DNA of 64,000 nucleotides from Alphaproteobacteria bacterium. Lineage in GTDB: Bacteria > Pseudomonadota > Alphaproteobacteria > RF32 > CAG-239. The stretch spans positions 94,736-158,735 of the forward strand of contig SUUZ01000003.1 of the NCBI GenBank assembly GCA_015062235.1, given 5' to 3'. The first letter of the stretch is position 1; each line of letters opens with the position of its first letter. Of this stretch, positions 62,864 through 64,000 are shown in pieces. Below the pieces are notes generated by a model that was given only the letters and a program-made list of their open reading frames with translations, was not told the DNA's origin and made no database searches. The position numbers and the translations under genes were made by a program.

Positions 62864-64000
62864 CTAAAATTTATATTTAGCGTTCAACATACCTGTATGG
62901 TCTTGATAGTCTTCACGGAATTTACCTTCGTAACCAACAGTAATTTCAATTTTTTCATTTACATCAGCTGAAATTCCTGCACCGAATTCAAATCCTAATC
63001 TATCAAGTCCTTCACCTTCAACAGTATAAGCTGAACCATTTGCTAATGTTACAACAGAACTATTATCTGCATCTATAACATCATATGTCAAAGCAGCTCT
63101 TACTTCAGGTTTCAATACTGTTCCGTTTTCAAGTTCCCAGTTTCTTGTTGCTTTTGCACCTACAACAGCTGTTACAACATCTAAATCATCAGATGATATA
63201 TTTTGACCTGCTGTATCTGTATAACTGTCTTGTTTTACATGAACATATCTTAAACCTGCTTCAGGTATAACTTTATAATCTTTATATTCTGTTTCATAAC
63301 CTGCCATTGCTTGTAAACCAAATGTTTCTGCATCATAATCAGCATTTACGTTTACACCTGCAACATTTTTATTTTCAGAATAATCAGACCAACCATATGA
63401 CATCATACCATTTACATACCAATTACTTGGTTTGTATTCACCATAAAGTGCCAATATATGAGTATCAACATCAGTTGTTCTCATAAATCCATCAACATCA
63501 GTTTTTGTATATGCATAGGCAATACCAGCTTTAACATCATCCTTAACAATTTTTTCCAAACCAAATGCTAAACCTTCTGAATCTGCATCAAAGCCATTTT
63601 CTGTATCAAGTTTTGATTTGTTGAACAGGCCTTTAACCCACATTGCTGCTTTTTCAAATACATTATCACCTGATGACATACCATTACCAGAAGAAGCCAA
63701 AGAACCTCCCGACATACGAGATGAAATAGCAGAGAATACTTGGCTCAATGTTGATGTTTGAACTTGTTGAACCATTGGATTAACTTCTGGAGCCAATGCT
63801 GTTGCCGCATCAATAGCTGCAGATGGGTTTGTTTGAGCCAATGAGGTAATTTCTTTAGCAACACTATCAAATGTTGTATTGCCTGTATCTCCACCTGTTA
63901 TTACAGCAGCAATTGTTCCTGCTTGATTTGAGTTTGCACCAATTGATGAAGCAATTTCACCTGCTGATTTTGTTTCAAATGTGAGTGCGTTTTTAGTTTT
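62864..64000 (-). CDS. Autotransporter-type outer-membrane protein (beta-barrel domain complete; passenger region runs off the window end)
   Basis: The frame stays open to position 64000 (…ITGGDTGNTTFDSVAKEITSL…). The C-terminal beta-barrel ends in '…LNAKYKF' with a terminal aromatic residue. Confidence 0.6.
   Translation of the reverse strand, partial: KTKNALTFETKSAGEIASSIGANSNQAGTIAAVITGGDTGNTTFDSVAKEITSLAQTNPSAAIDAATALAPEVNPMVQQVQTSTLSQVFSAISSRMSGGSLASSGNGMSSGDNVFEKAAMWVKGLFNKSKLDTENGFDADSEGLAFGLEKIVKDDVKAGIAYAYTKTDVDGFMRTTDVDTHILALYGEYKPSNWYVNGMMSYGWSDYSENKNVAGVNVNADYDAETFGLQAMAGYETEYKDYKVIPEAGLRYVHVKQDSYTDTAGQNISSDDLDVVTAVVGAKATRNWELENGTVLKPEVRAALTYDVIDADNSSVVTLANGSAYTVEGEGLDRLGFEFGAGISADVNEKIEITVGYEGKFREDYQDHTGMLNAKYKF

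Overview
This is an AT-rich (~30-38% GC) bacterial chromosomal segment, about 90% coding. Most of it is conserved housekeeping genes: groES-groEL, alaS, htpG, typA, murJ, ftsK, fabG, truB-rpsO-pnp, rimP-nusA-ylxR/L7Ae-infB, cysK, gmk, the lptF/G-lptD-surA-rsmA block, gpsA and a tRNA-Ser(GGA). The gene order and the YlxR-L7Ae fusion between nusA and infB suggest an alphaproteobacterium, likely host-associated. This is inference only; no database search was possible. Four things stand out against that background.

- **Hydrogenase operon.** A three-gene operon on the minus strand (50871-54784) encodes a NuoE-like subunit, a NuoF-like subunit and an [FeFe]-hydrogenase catalytic subunit. The catalytic subunit carries all three H-cluster signature motifs, so this looks like a HydABC/Hnd-type NAD(P)H-linked, possibly electron-bifurcating, hydrogenase. 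That is very unusual for this kind of genome.
- **Accessory islet.** The first ~2.8 kb is markedly lower in GC. It holds a recombinase-like gene remnant, a consensus sigma70 promoter, a small stand-alone GIY-YIG nuclease gene and an ABC-type (AAA_21-like) ATPase gene with no fused nuclease domain. This is a candidate two-gene anti-phage or abortive-infection module of a previously undescribed nuclease/ATPase combination.
- **Voltage-gated channel.** A single-domain bacterial voltage-gated cation channel (NaChBac/BacNav-like) has a non-canonical TLDGW selectivity filter.
- **High-GC gene pair.** Two co-oriented genes of unknown function (21768-23331) are compositionally distinct from their neighbours.

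No rRNA, CRISPR array or intact mobile element was found.
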